Positions 27,934 through 37,186 are shown, counted from the first letter of the stretch. The stretch is 64,000 nucleotides of DNA from Patescibacteria group bacterium (GCA_038064495.1 JBBTSZ010000002.1:16717-80716), one strand, 5' to 3'. Notes: generated by a model not told the origin, from the sequence alone. Translations and numbers: made by a program.

Positions 27934-28275
27934 CATGTCAGTCTGACGGACATTTTGCCCTCTTGCGAAAAACACCCTTTTGTTGAGCCGTCCTCTGCGA
28001 TCTCGTCCTTCAGGCCTCTCTTATTGAGACGTATGGAGAATAGGACTTTTTTTCTTGTCCAATCATCAAGAGGTTATTCGAATTTGTAGATTCTAACCCT
28101 ACCAACCCACAAATATTCACCGATGGAACTAATACCTCAGTGACAGGGCCAACACAATAAATCAAGGATTTGAAAAAAATCACTTTGTGTTGTCATTTGA
28201 GTTTTGGCTATGGGTTTAACTTTAGACACATTGGTGTATCATTTCCACAGGATTCATGATTTTGGGGAGGATCTT

Positions 28276-28797
28276 ATGCAAGCACCGATTATTGCTGCCA
28301 TTGTTGGTGGATTGTTCGCCCTATTTGTAACTTTATTTGGCCATGCATATCTTACCTTTCTGCAGCTAAAGAAGGAGAAACACCTATCTTTGACGCTAGA
28401 AAGAAGACGTATATACAGTGAGCTGTGTGCAAGTCTAATGATTTCTTCATTCGACATGATTACAACTGACGAGGAGGGACCTGAGAACACAAGATTTCAG
28501 CGTCACGCGTGGGTTGCAGCAAATACAAAACAATTAAGTGATCTACAAGCAAAGATCAACGCTGCTTCGTTCTATGCAAGTGATTGTCTTAGAAAGGAGT
28601 TTGCTTTTTTGTCTGAGTTCCTGCACGTACTCATTATTGGAGGATCATATTCACGTGGCACGAAGGGAGACACAAGTGACGAGTTCCTGGAGAAACACTT
28701 GTATATTGAACATGACAAAACGATGGAGGATATATTTCAGGAGCCTTGGCAGCGTGCATTAAAATTAATGAAAAAAGAAGTTGGCCTCATTGATTGA
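28276..28797 (+). CDS. Hypothetical protein with N-terminal TM helix
   Basis: ATG 28276 preceded by GGGGAGG; followed by terminator. Confidence 0.65.
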   Translation: MQAPIIAAIVGGLFALFVTLFGHAYLTFLQLKKEKHLSLTLERRRIYSELCASLMISSFDMITTDEEGPENTRFQRHAWVAANTKQLSDLQAKINAASFYASDCLRKEFAFLSEFLHVLIIGGSYSRGTKGDTSDEFLEKHLYIEHDKTMEDIFQEPWQRALKLMKKEVGLID

Positions 28798-28805
28798 GTA
28801 ATATT

Positions 28806-28830
28806 AGGGGGCACCTTCGGGTGCCTCTTT
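28806..28830 (+). terminator. Intrinsic terminator
   Basis: AGGGGGCACC-TTCG-GGTGCCTCTTT. Confidence 0.75.
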
Positions 28831-28839
28831 CTTATGTCG

Positions 28840-28864
28840 AGGGACTTAGGGACTACAGGTACGT
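28840..28864 (+). repeat. 25-bp direct repeat copy A
   Basis: AGGGACTTAGGGACTACAGGTACGT; 24/25 identical to 30444-30468. Confidence 0.85.
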
Positions 28865-28972
28865 AATTCAAGTTTTTTGCTTTGGTTTACGCCCTTCCTT
28901 AGCTCCATTCTTATACTTGGTCTACGCAACGCTCACGATTGCTTTTTGTTCCCACAGGAGTATCGTTAAACC

Positions 28973-29614
28973 ATGAGAGCTCGTACTTCACTCCTAGTAA
29001 TAGCCAATGTTTTCTTCCTATTTCTTGCAGTCTTCTGTGCAGTTCCAACGGACGTTCAGGCGTATGTTTCGGTTAAAGGATATTACAAAGCCAACGGCAC
29101 TTATGTAGCGCCCTATGTTCGCAGTAATCCAAATGGTCTGAAATACGATAATTACGGGTATAAACCTAGCCAAGGACTATATAATTCAACATATGGAACA
29201 AAAGGTGCAGCATGGGACACTCCGACCTACGTAACTGATCCCAACTATTACCAAGGTAAAGCTCTCTATGAACAGAGCAAAACAGTAGTAGGAAGCTCTT
29301 ACTCAACATATTCGAAGATACCTGCAATTCACCCCGCAAGAAACGTGTCGTACGTGACAAGTGCCTGGGTATCGAACAACCCAAACACACCCTGCAACCA
29401 GGCAACACTGAGAGCAGCTGAACGTGCTGAATGCATCACGTACAGGGCGCTATTTAATTCATATAAGTGGAATGTCACAACAACTGAATTTGATAACATT
29501 CATTATCGATGGGATCCGGAATTAAATATGTCGTATATGTGTTCCGATGGATATTCGTTCCGCTATGACACTGCTACTGGGAAACCAAAAGAGCTGTGTT
29601 ATCCAGATTTATAG
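28973..29614 (+). CDS. Secreted hypothetical protein with V.GY...NGTYV.PY.R motif
   Basis: Signal peptide (VQA|Y), VSVKGYYKANGTYVAPYVRSNPNG..DNY; TATCGT 6 nt upstream. Confidence 0.75.
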   Translation: MRARTSLLVIANVFFLFLAVFCAVPTDVQAYVSVKGYYKANGTYVAPYVRSNPNGLKYDNYGYKPSQGLYNSTYGTKGAAWDTPTYVTDPNYYQGKALYEQSKTVVGSSYSTYSKIPAIHPARNVSYVTSAWVSNNPNTPCNQATLRAAERAECITYRALFNSYKWNVTTTEFDNIHYRWDPELNMSYMCSDGYSFRYDTATGKPKELCYPDL

Positions 29615-29699
29615 TACTGACAAGGTCCTAAGAGCTACTTAGATAGTACTGTCTTCTAGGGATCTAGATTCAATAACGCTCATAATCTTCTCTATCACC

Positions 29700-30044
29700 T
29701 TAGTAGTCGGTAGATTCTTGTTCCTCGTATGAGTCTCGTTGATCTACATACTCCTGACAACCCTCTATGAACGAATTTGAGTTACCGTCGCAATCGCTGA
29801 CGTCATTCTCTTCAGCCCATTCGTATCCAGCGGAATGTCCAGTTCCGTCGTCATATGGGTTTTCCGGCTCAGGAGCGTAATTTTCATTGACGTACGAGTC
29901 TTCGTATACGCCGTAATGATCACCAGAGACACTACCTCCTGAGGAATCGTCAGAGAATAAGGAATATGTGCCCCAGACAACTAGGCTCCAAAATGCCACC
30001 CCGACTATTATTTCCCAAGCCCCTTCTCCTCGTAGAGGTCTCAT
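29700..30044 (-). CDS. Small membrane-anchored acidic protein
   Basis: TM helix then GHSAGYEWA.....C.GNSNSFIEGC; start 30044 or 30062. Confidence 0.7.
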   Translation of the reverse strand: MRPLRGEGAWEIIVGVAFWSLVVWGTYSLFSDDSSGGSVSGDHYGVYEDSYVNENYAPEPENPYDDGTGHSAGYEWAEENDVSDCDGNSNSFIEGCQEYVDQRDSYEEQESTDY

Positions 30045-30046
30045 AT

Positions 30047-30385
30047 TTATTTGAATAGCCAACTAAAGACTGACGCCCAGCGATTTTGGGATAGCCCATT
30101 TGACATGTTAGCTGGCAAGACTTTCGTCACTGCCGGAACTCTTTGTGTTTGATGATACTCAGCGCACTTCACCATAGAGGAATACCTAACGGAGCTGTTT
30201 CTCCAGCCATCATTACAGATGGCGCTCCCATCAGAGTCTGGACCAGCTGAACAGCTGACCCCACCATGACCAGAGCAAGCCCCGCTCGTGGCTAGTGCTA
30301 AAAGTGGAGAGGTAAGAAAGAGAACTGCAAGTAGACCTGCGCGGCGGACTGTGGGGTATACGCTACTTTGGAGGTTCCTGGACAT
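30047..30385 (-). CDS. Small secreted Cys-rich protein (SGACSxHGGV, DUF3761-like)
   Basis: ATG 30385 with TATGCT 6 nt upstream; signal peptide; SGACSGHGGVSC..GPD.DG..ICNDGW. Confidence 0.65.
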   Translation of the reverse strand: MSRNLQSSVYPTVRRAGLLAVLFLTSPLLALATSGACSGHGGVSCSAGPDSDGSAICNDGWRNSSVRYSSMVKCAEYHQTQRVPAVTKVLPANMSNGLSQNRWASVFSWLFK

Positions 30386-30443
30386 ACCAAAAGCATATAC
30401 CTCAGGAGAGATTAAACAAATGAATCCCAGATGGGCGCTGAAC

Positions 30444-30468
30444 AGGGACTTAGGGACTACAGGGACGT
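30444..30468 (+). repeat. 25-bp direct repeat copy B
   Basis: AGGGACTTAGGGACTACAGGGACGT. Confidence 0.85.
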
Positions 30469-30491
30469 GATCCACTGCACATACACTCACC

Positions 30492-30704
30492 TTAATACCC
30501 AGAGTACTTCTTCCGCTTCGGCTTCTGCACTTCCTCCACCTCAGGCTCAAACATCTTCCGTATGCTCCTGAAGTCAGCCAGAATGACAGAGTAGCCTGGA
30601 CTGAACCCAATGTCTTGAATGTCCTTTACGAGACGTTCCACCTCGGATCTGGTATCTTTATCCTCATTAGAAAAAGTTCTAACGTCCTCTACGAACCTGC
30701 ACAC
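30492..30704 (-). pseudogene. Probable C-terminal gene fragment
   Basis: Protein-like 70-aa ORF with a weak start and no promoter or SD signal. Confidence 0.35.
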
Positions 30705-30798
30705 TCTAGTGCTAGTTCAGGTGACCGAGGTGCCTAGCCCTTAACTGCTCGCTGCAGGTGTAAACTGAAGGCAGACATTACCAATAGCGACATTCGAT

Positions 30799-31311
30799 AT
30801 GGCAACGAAAAAACAAATCGGGACAGCAAAAAAGAATGTTCGCAAAGCGCAAGCGGCATGGAAAGGTATGACTAAACGCCAGCACGCGCTCGCACAGCCT
30901 GAAGGTCGCAATCGCAAAAAGCCGGGAACGACCGGCAAAGGCAAGTTTTATCATATCGAAATTCGTCCGAAGTCGGACTTTACCTCGTTTCGCACCCAGG
31001 ATGTCGGAAAGAAAGGCGGGCTTGAGCGCATCGCGGGCCGCCGATCAAGCGGAAGCTGGGCGACCGCTACGTGGCTCATTTCGAAGGATAAGGCGCACTT
31101 AAGCGCGAAGGGAAAGCTTGTCGTTACCGACAAGAAAGATAAGGCATCGCTCGCCAAGGCAATCCGAGGAAGGGTTGTACATGTGAAGGGCGACATCTTT
31201 ACTGCGCATCCGGCGAAGAATGTGCCGGAAGCATCTAAGCCGACGTCCGCGATGAGACGGGCACAGGCGGCGAATATCAAGAAGGCGCAAGCGGCGCGTA
31301 ATAAAAAATAA
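30799..31311 (+). CDS. Highly basic hypothetical protein
   Basis: 170 aa, K/R/A-rich, N- and C-terminal N(V/I)(R/K)KAQAA repeats; coupled to cupin gene. Confidence 0.8.
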   Translation: MATKKQIGTAKKNVRKAQAAWKGMTKRQHALAQPEGRNRKKPGTTGKGKFYHIEIRPKSDFTSFRTQDVGKKGGLERIAGRRSSGSWATATWLISKDKAHLSAKGKLVVTDKKDKASLAKAIRGRVVHVKGDIFTAHPAKNVPEASKPTSAMRRAQAANIKKAQAARNKK

Positions 31312-31312
31312 T

Positions 31313-31723
31313 ATGAAAGGATTTGTAACCAACATCGAGCAGGTCACTCTTGAGAACGAGGACTTCCGCCGCGTCATCTATACCGCAAAGAACTGCCAAC
31401 TCGTGCTCATGTCACTTCCTGCCGGAACGGATATCGGAGAAGAGGTGCACACCGTCGATCAGTTCCTACGTATTGAAGAGGGCGAGGGCCAAAGCATTCT
31501 CGATGGTGTTGATCGTTATCTAACGGACGGGTCCGTCATTGTGGTTCCCGCGGGCGTTCGCCATAACATCATCAATACCTCCAAGAGCGAAGCGCTCAAA
31601 CTTTATTCCCTCTATGCGCCGCCGCACCACAAGGACGGCACCGTCCATGCGACGAAGGCCGACGCGGGAAAAGATAACGAGCACTTCGACGGCATCGTTA
31701 CTGACGACATTGGGCAAGCATAG
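31313..31723 (+). CDS. Cupin domain protein
   Basis: NEDFRRV.YT, QLVLM, IGEEVH..DQF.RIE.G, VPAG..HN, LYAPPHH. Confidence 0.9.
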   Translation: MKGFVTNIEQVTLENEDFRRVIYTAKNCQLVLMSLPAGTDIGEEVHTVDQFLRIEEGEGQSILDGVDRYLTDGSVIVVPAGVRHNIINTSKSEALKLYSLYAPPHHKDGTVHATKADAGKDNEHFDGIVTDDIGQA

Positions 31724-31868
31724 AACGCGGTCAAGTGTGTCGCATTTCTCGCTTTTCCGTTTTGGAGCCTAGACCGAGATGCCTCGACTTTGGTCTGGGG
31801 AATTTTCGCCAAGGAATCCTTGAAGTGCCTCACTCTACCCAGTTCGAGACTGAGGTGGGGTACAAAAA

Positions 31869-31898
31869 GAAAAGCCCCGCTCTAGAGCGGGGCTTTTC
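31869..31898. terminator. Bidirectional terminator downstream of hup
   Basis: GAAAAGCCCCGCTC-TA-GAGCGGGGCTTTTC. Confidence 0.85.
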
Positions 31899-31911
31899 AG
31901 AGGAGACTGAA

Positions 31912-32184
31912 TTACTTAACAGCGTCTTTAAGTGCCTTTGCAGCGCGGAACTTAGGAGTTCGGGTTGCGGCAATCTTAATGGTCTCTCCGGTGCGAGGGT
32001 TGCGTCCGGTGCGAGCTGGACGAGCCTTTGCCTGGAAAATACCAAGACCTGCGATTGATACTTCATCACCTGACTTAAGACCAGATGTGATTGATTCAAT
32101 TACCGTCTCAACTGCACGATCAGCATCTGCCTTCGTGCCGCCAAGTACTTCCTGAACCTTCATTACGATATCTGCTTTGTTCAT
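31912..32184 (-). CDS. hup: HU family DNA-binding protein
   Basis: MNKADI, RTGRNPRTGETIKI, PKF.A.KALK. Confidence 0.96.
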   Translation of the reverse strand: MNKADIVMKVQEVLGGTKADADRAVETVIESITSGLKSGDEVSIAGLGIFQAKARPARTGRNPRTGETIKIAATRTPKFRAAKALKDAVK

Positions 32185-32354
32185 ACGAGATAATTAGGGC
32201 TAATCCCTTTCGGGGCTTATACGAGCCCCGATTGAGGGCTACGCCAAAAAGTATAGGAAATGAGCCATTTTATGCAATAGGGCCAAAAAAACCTGTGGAT
32301 AGTGGATTTTCTGAGTCCTCGCGAAAACTGATTTAACGGCCTACTTACTAGCTT

Positions 32355-33884
32355 TTAGCGAGCAAACTCAACAACGCGGTTTTCCCGAATCACATTCACT
32401 TTAATTTCTCCGGGGTATTTCAACTCCTTTTGTACGCGCTCCGCAATATCGCGCGCGAGTTTGTGCATAGCGAGGTCTGAGACCTTACCCGGGTTCACAA
32501 AGATACGAATTTCGCGCCCTGCTTGTATCGCATACGACTTTTCAACACCAGGGAAGCCAACTGCAATGCGCTCGAGATCACCGAGTCTCTCTAGATATCG
32601 CTCTACGGTGTCGCGTCTGGCACCCGGGCGGCCCGCAGAGATGGCATCTGCCACCTGCACAATGATGGACTCCGGTGTTTCGTACGGATACTCCTCATGA
32701 TGTGACTGCATTGCCTGAATCACTTCCTTGGACACAGCAAATTTCTCAAGAATACGCCGCCCGATTTCTACATGGGTACCCTGCACTTCGTGGTCAACCG
32801 CCTTGCCAATGTCATGAAGCAAAGCACCGGCGCGTGCAACGTCAGCATCAGCACCGAGCTGGTCTGCGAGCATGCCGGCGATGTGCGCCATCTCTACCGA
32901 GTGCTGAAGTACGTTTTGTCCGTAGCTCGTGCGGAAGTAGAGGCGACCAAGGAGCGTCACGAGACGCGCATCAAGACCCACCACACCTACCTCGTACGCC
33001 GCTTCCTCACCTTTTTGCTTCACTATCTCGGCTACATCCTGACGGGCCTTCTCCACAATCTCCTCAATCTTCGTCGGTTGGATGCGTCCATCAGCAATGA
33101 GTTGCTCAAGCGCGATCTTTGCAATGTGACGACGCAGTGGATCAAACGAAGAAAGCGTGATCTTGTCGGGTGCGTCATCAATGAGCACATCCACACCCGT
33201 GGCGCGCTCAAATGCCTTAATGTTTCGGCCCTCTTTTCCAATAACCTTACCTTTCACCTCTTCTGAGGGGATGGCGACTGAAAGGGTAGTAACCTCACTG
33301 TTCACATTTGTTGCCATGCGGTGGATGGTGGAGAGGAGAATGGAGCGTGCCTTCTCTTCTAGCTGTGAGCGCCCGTGTGCCTCAAGTTTCTGCAGACGTG
33401 CGAGCAAGGATTCAGACTGGCTTTCTTCCAAATCTTTCATAAGTGCTTCGCGAGCCTCTTGCTCAGAAAGACGTCCAAGACGAACGAGTTCAAGCCTCCG
33501 CTCCTCACGGAGCTTCTCTGCTTCACGCTTCACATTTGCCGCTTCGTTCTCGCGATTACGCACATCTTCCGATTCTTCTGCCAGATTTCGCTCACGTTCA
33601 TCGAGAAATTCCTCACGCTTTTCAAGACGTTCGGTAGCTTTCTTGAGGAGCTCAGCCTGTTCTTTGAGTGGCTGCTCCATTTCGTCTTCAAGACGTTCAG
33701 CACGCTCTTCGGCTTCCGCGAGAATCTTTGCAGCACGCTCTTTGGCATCAAGCATCTGCTGCTTGATTTCAAGTTCAAGTGACCCGCGTTGACCAAGTGC
33801 AATCAACAGTCGGAGCACATAGCCGACGGCAATTCCTGCGAGCCCTGAGAGGGCGAGAAGGCTTAATATTAATTTTATAGACAT
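32355..33884 (-). CDS. rny: Ribonuclease Y
   Basis: N-terminal TM, coiled coil, KH (KGKVIGKEGRNI), HD domain (LHDIGK), RPGARR; ATG 33884. Confidence 0.95.
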   Translation of the reverse strand: MSIKLILSLLALSGLAGIAVGYVLRLLIALGQRGSLELEIKQQMLDAKERAAKILAEAEERAERLEDEMEQPLKEQAELLKKATERLEKREEFLDERERNLAEESEDVRNRENEAANVKREAEKLREERRLELVRLGRLSEQEAREALMKDLEESQSESLLARLQKLEAHGRSQLEEKARSILLSTIHRMATNVNSEVTTLSVAIPSEEVKGKVIGKEGRNIKAFERATGVDVLIDDAPDKITLSSFDPLRRHIAKIALEQLIADGRIQPTKIEEIVEKARQDVAEIVKQKGEEAAYEVGVVGLDARLVTLLGRLYFRTSYGQNVLQHSVEMAHIAGMLADQLGADADVARAGALLHDIGKAVDHEVQGTHVEIGRRILEKFAVSKEVIQAMQSHHEEYPYETPESIIVQVADAISAGRPGARRDTVERYLERLGDLERIAVGFPGVEKSYAIQAGREIRIFVNPGKVSDLAMHKLARDIAERVQKELKYPGEIKVNVIRENRVVEFAR

Positions 33885-33892
33885 ACGTTTTG

Positions 33893-34016
33893 TGCGTGAG
33901 TCCAAAGACCCCAGCTACTTTGTTGTTCGCTCCGGTACTCATTCACCGTATACGCACATACGGCTCATTTCGTTCCTCACTCACGCCTCGTATCTGAGGG
34001 CTTTTGAGCACACGCA
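33893..34016 (+). repeat. ERIC-like palindromic element copy 2 (5' region of rny, antisense)
   Basis: 124 bp; TGCGTGAGTCCAAAGACC-CCAGCTACTTTGTT...TCACCGTA..TACGGCTC...CGCCTCGTATCTG...GGCTTTTGAGCACACGCA. Confidence 0.75.
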
Positions 34017-34101
34017 TTTAAATCAAATAGTGAAAAGAAGACCTGAAATCCATCGTAACTATCAGTCAGCCGTCTCGGTACGGACTCACAGTACCACAAA
34101 G

Positions 34102-34130
34102 GAAAAACGCCCGCTTGGCAGGCGTTTTTC
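34102..34130. terminator. Terminator downstream of clpP
   Basis: GAAAAACGCC-CGCTTGGCA-GGCGTTTTTC. Confidence 0.8.
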
Positions 34131-34144
34131 GCTGTTTACGAGAT

Positions 34145-34753
34145 CTACTTTACTTTGTAGACGACGTCCACAATCCCATACTTCTTCGCCTCCTCAGCCG
34201 TTAGGAAGAAATCACGGTCCACATCGCGTTCAATTTTCTCAAGTGGCTGGCCGGACTGCTTTGCGAGAATTTTATTCAAGCGATCGCGTAGCGAGAGGAT
34301 GCGCTTCGCACTGATTTCAATATCAGCTGCCTGTCCTTCGGCACCACCATGTGGCTGATGAATCATGATGTCCGCGTTCGGAAGCGCAAAACGCTTTCCC
34401 TTAGCACCGGACGCAAGAATGATGGAGCCCATGGATGCCGCCATACCAACAGCAACCGTCGCGACGTCCGGCTTGATGTGATTCATGGCGTCAACAATGG
34501 CGAGCCCTGAGTGTACGTGCCCGCCGGGAGAATTCACGTAGAGGAAGATATCTTTCTTCGGGTCTTCGGCTTCAAGGAAGAGGAGTTGAGAAATGATGAG
34601 GTTGGCTACATCGTCATCAATACCACCGCCAAGAAACACAATGCGCTCACGAAGAAGGCGTGAGTAGATATCGTAGGCTCGCTCGCCGAACTGCGATTTC
34701 TCGATAACCATAGGAACAAGCATGGACGCGCTCGGAAGGGTAGTTTTTTTCAT
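34145..34753 (-). CDS. clpP: ATP-dependent Clp protease proteolytic subunit
   Basis: DIYSRLL, NSPGG, AASMG (Ser), MIHQP (His), DRD. Confidence 0.97.
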   Translation of the reverse strand: MKKTTLPSASMLVPMVIEKSQFGERAYDIYSRLLRERIVFLGGGIDDDVANLIISQLLFLEAEDPKKDIFLYVNSPGGHVHSGLAIVDAMNHIKPDVATVAVGMAASMGSIILASGAKGKRFALPNADIMIHQPHGGAEGQAADIEISAKRILSLRDRLNKILAKQSGQPLEKIERDVDRDFFLTAEEAKKYGIVDVVYKVK

Positions 34754-34825
34754 ACGTAAGCAGTTAGTGAAGGCATAGTACCAAAAAAGCTAGGTTTGTG
34801 AAAAACACGCCTTGGTCCCAGGAAT

Positions 34826-34981
34826 TTATTGCACTGCTGTCGGCACGGTGTTTCGGGCCTGTTGTTCAGCAAGGCGTTGGCCCCACACATAAAACGCACC
34901 AACGATAAGGAGAAAAACGATAAGCAGAATCGCGAGCACGCTGCCGGTAGAACTCTTTGGCGCAAAGTCTTCTTCATCCAT
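34826..34981 (-). CDS. 51-aa single-pass membrane protein (not in ORF track)
   Basis: MDEEDFAPKSSTGSVLAILLIVFLLIVGAFYVWGQRLAEQQARNTVPTAVQ; TATACT 6 nt upstream. Confidence 0.75.
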   Translation of the reverse strand: MDEEDFAPKSSTGSVLAILLIVFLLIVGAFYVWGQRLAEQQARNTVPTAVQ

Positions 34982-35026
34982 AGGGAAAGTATATGCCTAC
35001 CCTACGCACACGCGAAATGGTGGATA

Positions 35027-35062
35027 TGAAAAAGCGCCAGCAAGGGTACTGTCGCTTTTTCA
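35027..35062. terminator. Terminator downstream of ppa
   Basis: TGAAAAAGCGCCAG...CTGTCGCTTTTTCA. Confidence 0.7.
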
Positions 35063-35074
35063 GAGAAGCAGGAC

Positions 35075-35593
35075 TTACTTCTTAGTGCTATAGAGCTCGC
35101 ACGCACGTGCAAAAGCCTGTTTCGCTACGTCCTTACCTTCAAATCCGTTAATCACTACTTCCTTATTTTGTAGTTGCTTGTAGGTACTGTAGAAATGTTC
35201 AACTTCTTTTAGAGTGTGCTTGTTCACATCAGCAAGGTCGTTCACTTCCTTCCAGCGTGGGTCGTCTACTGGTACCGCAATAACTTTATCGTCAGCATCT
35301 CCAGCATCAATCATGTGCATGATGGCGACCGGACGGGCACGTACCAAAATACCGGGCGCAAGCGGATAGCTGGTGAGCAAGATGACATCAAGCGCGTCCC
35401 CGTCATCCCAGAGTGTCTGAGGCACAAAGCCATAATCTACCGGGAACGCTTGAGTGGTATAGGAAACACGATCAAGCGCAATAAGACCTGTTTCCTTATC
35501 CACCTCGTACTTATTCATAGAGCCCTTGTTGATTTCAATGATGACGTTCATTTCGTCAGCGGTTCCCGGAGCAATATCGTGTAGCAAGTTCAT
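35075..35593 (-). CDS. ppa: Inorganic pyrophosphatase (family I)
   Basis: KYEVDK, LDR, YGFVPQT, DDGDALDV, DDKV, Y.TYK.L. Confidence 0.95.
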   Translation of the reverse strand: MNLLHDIAPGTADEMNVIIEINKGSMNKYEVDKETGLIALDRVSYTTQAFPVDYGFVPQTLWDDGDALDVILLTSYPLAPGILVRARPVAIMHMIDAGDADDKVIAVPVDDPRWKEVNDLADVNKHTLKEVEHFYSTYKQLQNKEVVINGFEGKDVAKQAFARACELYSTKK

Positions 35594-35616
35594 GATAGGT
35601 GTATGTAAGCGATTAG

Positions 35617-37026
35617 TTAGGCTTCGTCGCGCGCGTCGTCCGCGTCAGCAATAGAGGCGTTGTCTTCATCTGATTTAGTGGATTCTGCTTCAGCAGAAAG
35701 GGTATTGTTTTCACTATCATCCTCGGTGACGATTGAATCTGACTCACCAGTGTCCACGCCAGCTTCCTTTGCAGGATCTGATTCCTCCGCTGCTTCAGCG
35801 ATTTCAATTGCTATTTCGGCGTCCGCAATAGCCGCACCTGCAGCAGCAACGCGGGCTGATGCGGAAGACTCCTCAGGAGCAGCTTCAGCAACGTTACTTC
35901 CACCAACTGAATTAATATCAATATTCCAGCCGGTCAGTTTTGCAGAAAGGCGTACATTCTGTCCTCCACGACCAATCGCAAGAGATTGCTGGTCCTCAGA
36001 CACGGTTACCTTTGCACGGTGGTCTGCTTCATCAAGCTCAACAGAGAGCACGGACGCAGGTGAAAGCGACTCCTTAATAAAGGAGGTAGGATCCTCAGAC
36101 CATTCAATGATATCAATGCGCTCACCACCGAGCTCACTCATAACGGTAGATACACGTACACCACGCTGGCCCACAAGAGAACCAACCGGGTCCACATGTG
36201 CTTCAACGGATGCAATCGCAATTTTGGTGCGACTTCCTGGCTCACGCGCGAGACCCTTTACCTCGATTGCTCCCGAAGCAAGTTCCGGTGCCTCCATCTC
36301 AAAGAGTTTAATCACAAAGCGAGGATGACTACGAGAAAGGCGAAGATACACGCCACGGAATCCCTCATCTACGGCGTAGAGGTAGGCACGAATACGCTCA
36401 CCGGGACGGTACCGCTCACCGGGAATCTGTTCCTCGTACGGGATGATACCGGTTGCACGTCCGAGGTCGATGAAGATGGCACCACGCTCAACGCGCTGTA
36501 CGACACCGGAGACAATCTCACCCTTCTTGTGACCAAACTCATCAAGAATAGAAATCTTTTCTGCCTCGCGAATCTTTTGAATTACTACCTGCTTTGCGGT
36601 TTGGGCAGCAATGCGACCGAAGTCGTCCTGTGGTTCAAGAGGGAAGACAATCTCATCCCCAAGTGCAACATCGCGCTTAATGCGACGAGCGTCATCAATC
36701 AGCATGTGCTTCTCAGCGTCGTAGCGCGGAAGTTCACCTTCAGCTACTTCCTCTTCGCGGTCGTGGTGCGGATGAACGATTTCCTCCTCCTCACCTTCCT
36801 CCGGGAAGCGAACCATAGTGTCATCAACGACGGTCTTCACCTGCTCAAAGGTAACGGTACCGGAATTCATATCCAGTTTTCCACGAACAATTTGTCCGCG
36901 CTTTCCGTACTCCTTCTTATAGGCAGTCGCCATAGCGCTTTCAATAGCGTCTACCATGACTTCTTTTGTGATACCGCGCTCTTCAAACTCACCGAGCACT
37001 GAATTGATTGTCTTGAGGTCCAACAT
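35617..37026 (-). CDS. nusA: Transcription factor NusA with acidic C-terminal tail
   Basis: FGRIAAQTAKQV, S1, AREPGSRTK, LAIGRGGQNVRL; ATG 37026; no rimP upstream. Confidence 0.96.
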   Translation of the reverse strand: MLDLKTINSVLGEFEERGITKEVMVDAIESAMATAYKKEYGKRGQIVRGKLDMNSGTVTFEQVKTVVDDTMVRFPEEGEEEEIVHPHHDREEEVAEGELPRYDAEKHMLIDDARRIKRDVALGDEIVFPLEPQDDFGRIAAQTAKQVVIQKIREAEKISILDEFGHKKGEIVSGVVQRVERGAIFIDLGRATGIIPYEEQIPGERYRPGERIRAYLYAVDEGFRGVYLRLSRSHPRFVIKLFEMEAPELASGAIEVKGLAREPGSRTKIAIASVEAHVDPVGSLVGQRGVRVSTVMSELGGERIDIIEWSEDPTSFIKESLSPASVLSVELDEADHRAKVTVSEDQQSLAIGRGGQNVRLSAKLTGWNIDINSVGGSNVAEAAPEESSASARVAAAGAAIADAEIAIEIAEAAEESDPAKEAGVDTGESDSIVTEDDSENNTLSAEAESTKSDEDNASIADADDARDEA

Positions 37027-37077
37027 ATGTCTGTATTTAATTGTTCGCACCAGGGATTGATTGCTCGCCCTTTAATA

Positions 37078-37103
37078 AGAAATGCCCGCTTCGCGGACAT
37101 CTC
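37078..37103 (-). promoter_or_regulatory. nusA leader hairpin (rimP-leader-like attenuator candidate)
   Basis: Minus strand AGATGTCCGC-GAA-GCGGGCATTTCTT about 50 nt upstream of nusA. Confidence 0.4.
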
Positions 37104-37186
37104 GGATACCCATAACGTACCATATATAGGAGCACTTCGTCAATAAACACCAATGTGGTAGGGTGGCTCCAGAAAGGAGAGCACTC

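Larger units (their letters stand above)
27934..31780. mobile_element. Probable decayed genomic island at tRNA-Gly(UCC) 3' end
   Basis: AT-rich composition shift after the tRNA, small orphan/secreted genes in mixed orientation, a gene fragment, 25-bp direct repeats; no integrase or attR seen. Confidence 0.45.

Noticed and set aside
31770-31862. tRNA remnant or attR (CCAGTTCGAGACTG)
   Set aside because: T-arm-like only; no cloverleaf and no match to the tRNA-Gly(UCC) 3' end.
34017-34095. 6S RNA upstream of rny
   Set aside because: Too short once the palindromic element is accounted for; no closing stem or central bubble recognisable.
34750-34977. 75-aa ORF-track call overlapping clpP start
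   Set aside because: The alternative frame 34826-34981 has a clean TM helix and a correctly spaced -10 box.
33157-37002. Long antisense ORFs (33157-33792, 35660-36328, 36196-37002) and similar shadows such as 47434-48105
   Set aside because: Shadow frames opposite rny, nusA and recJ with no protein-like motifs or expression signals.
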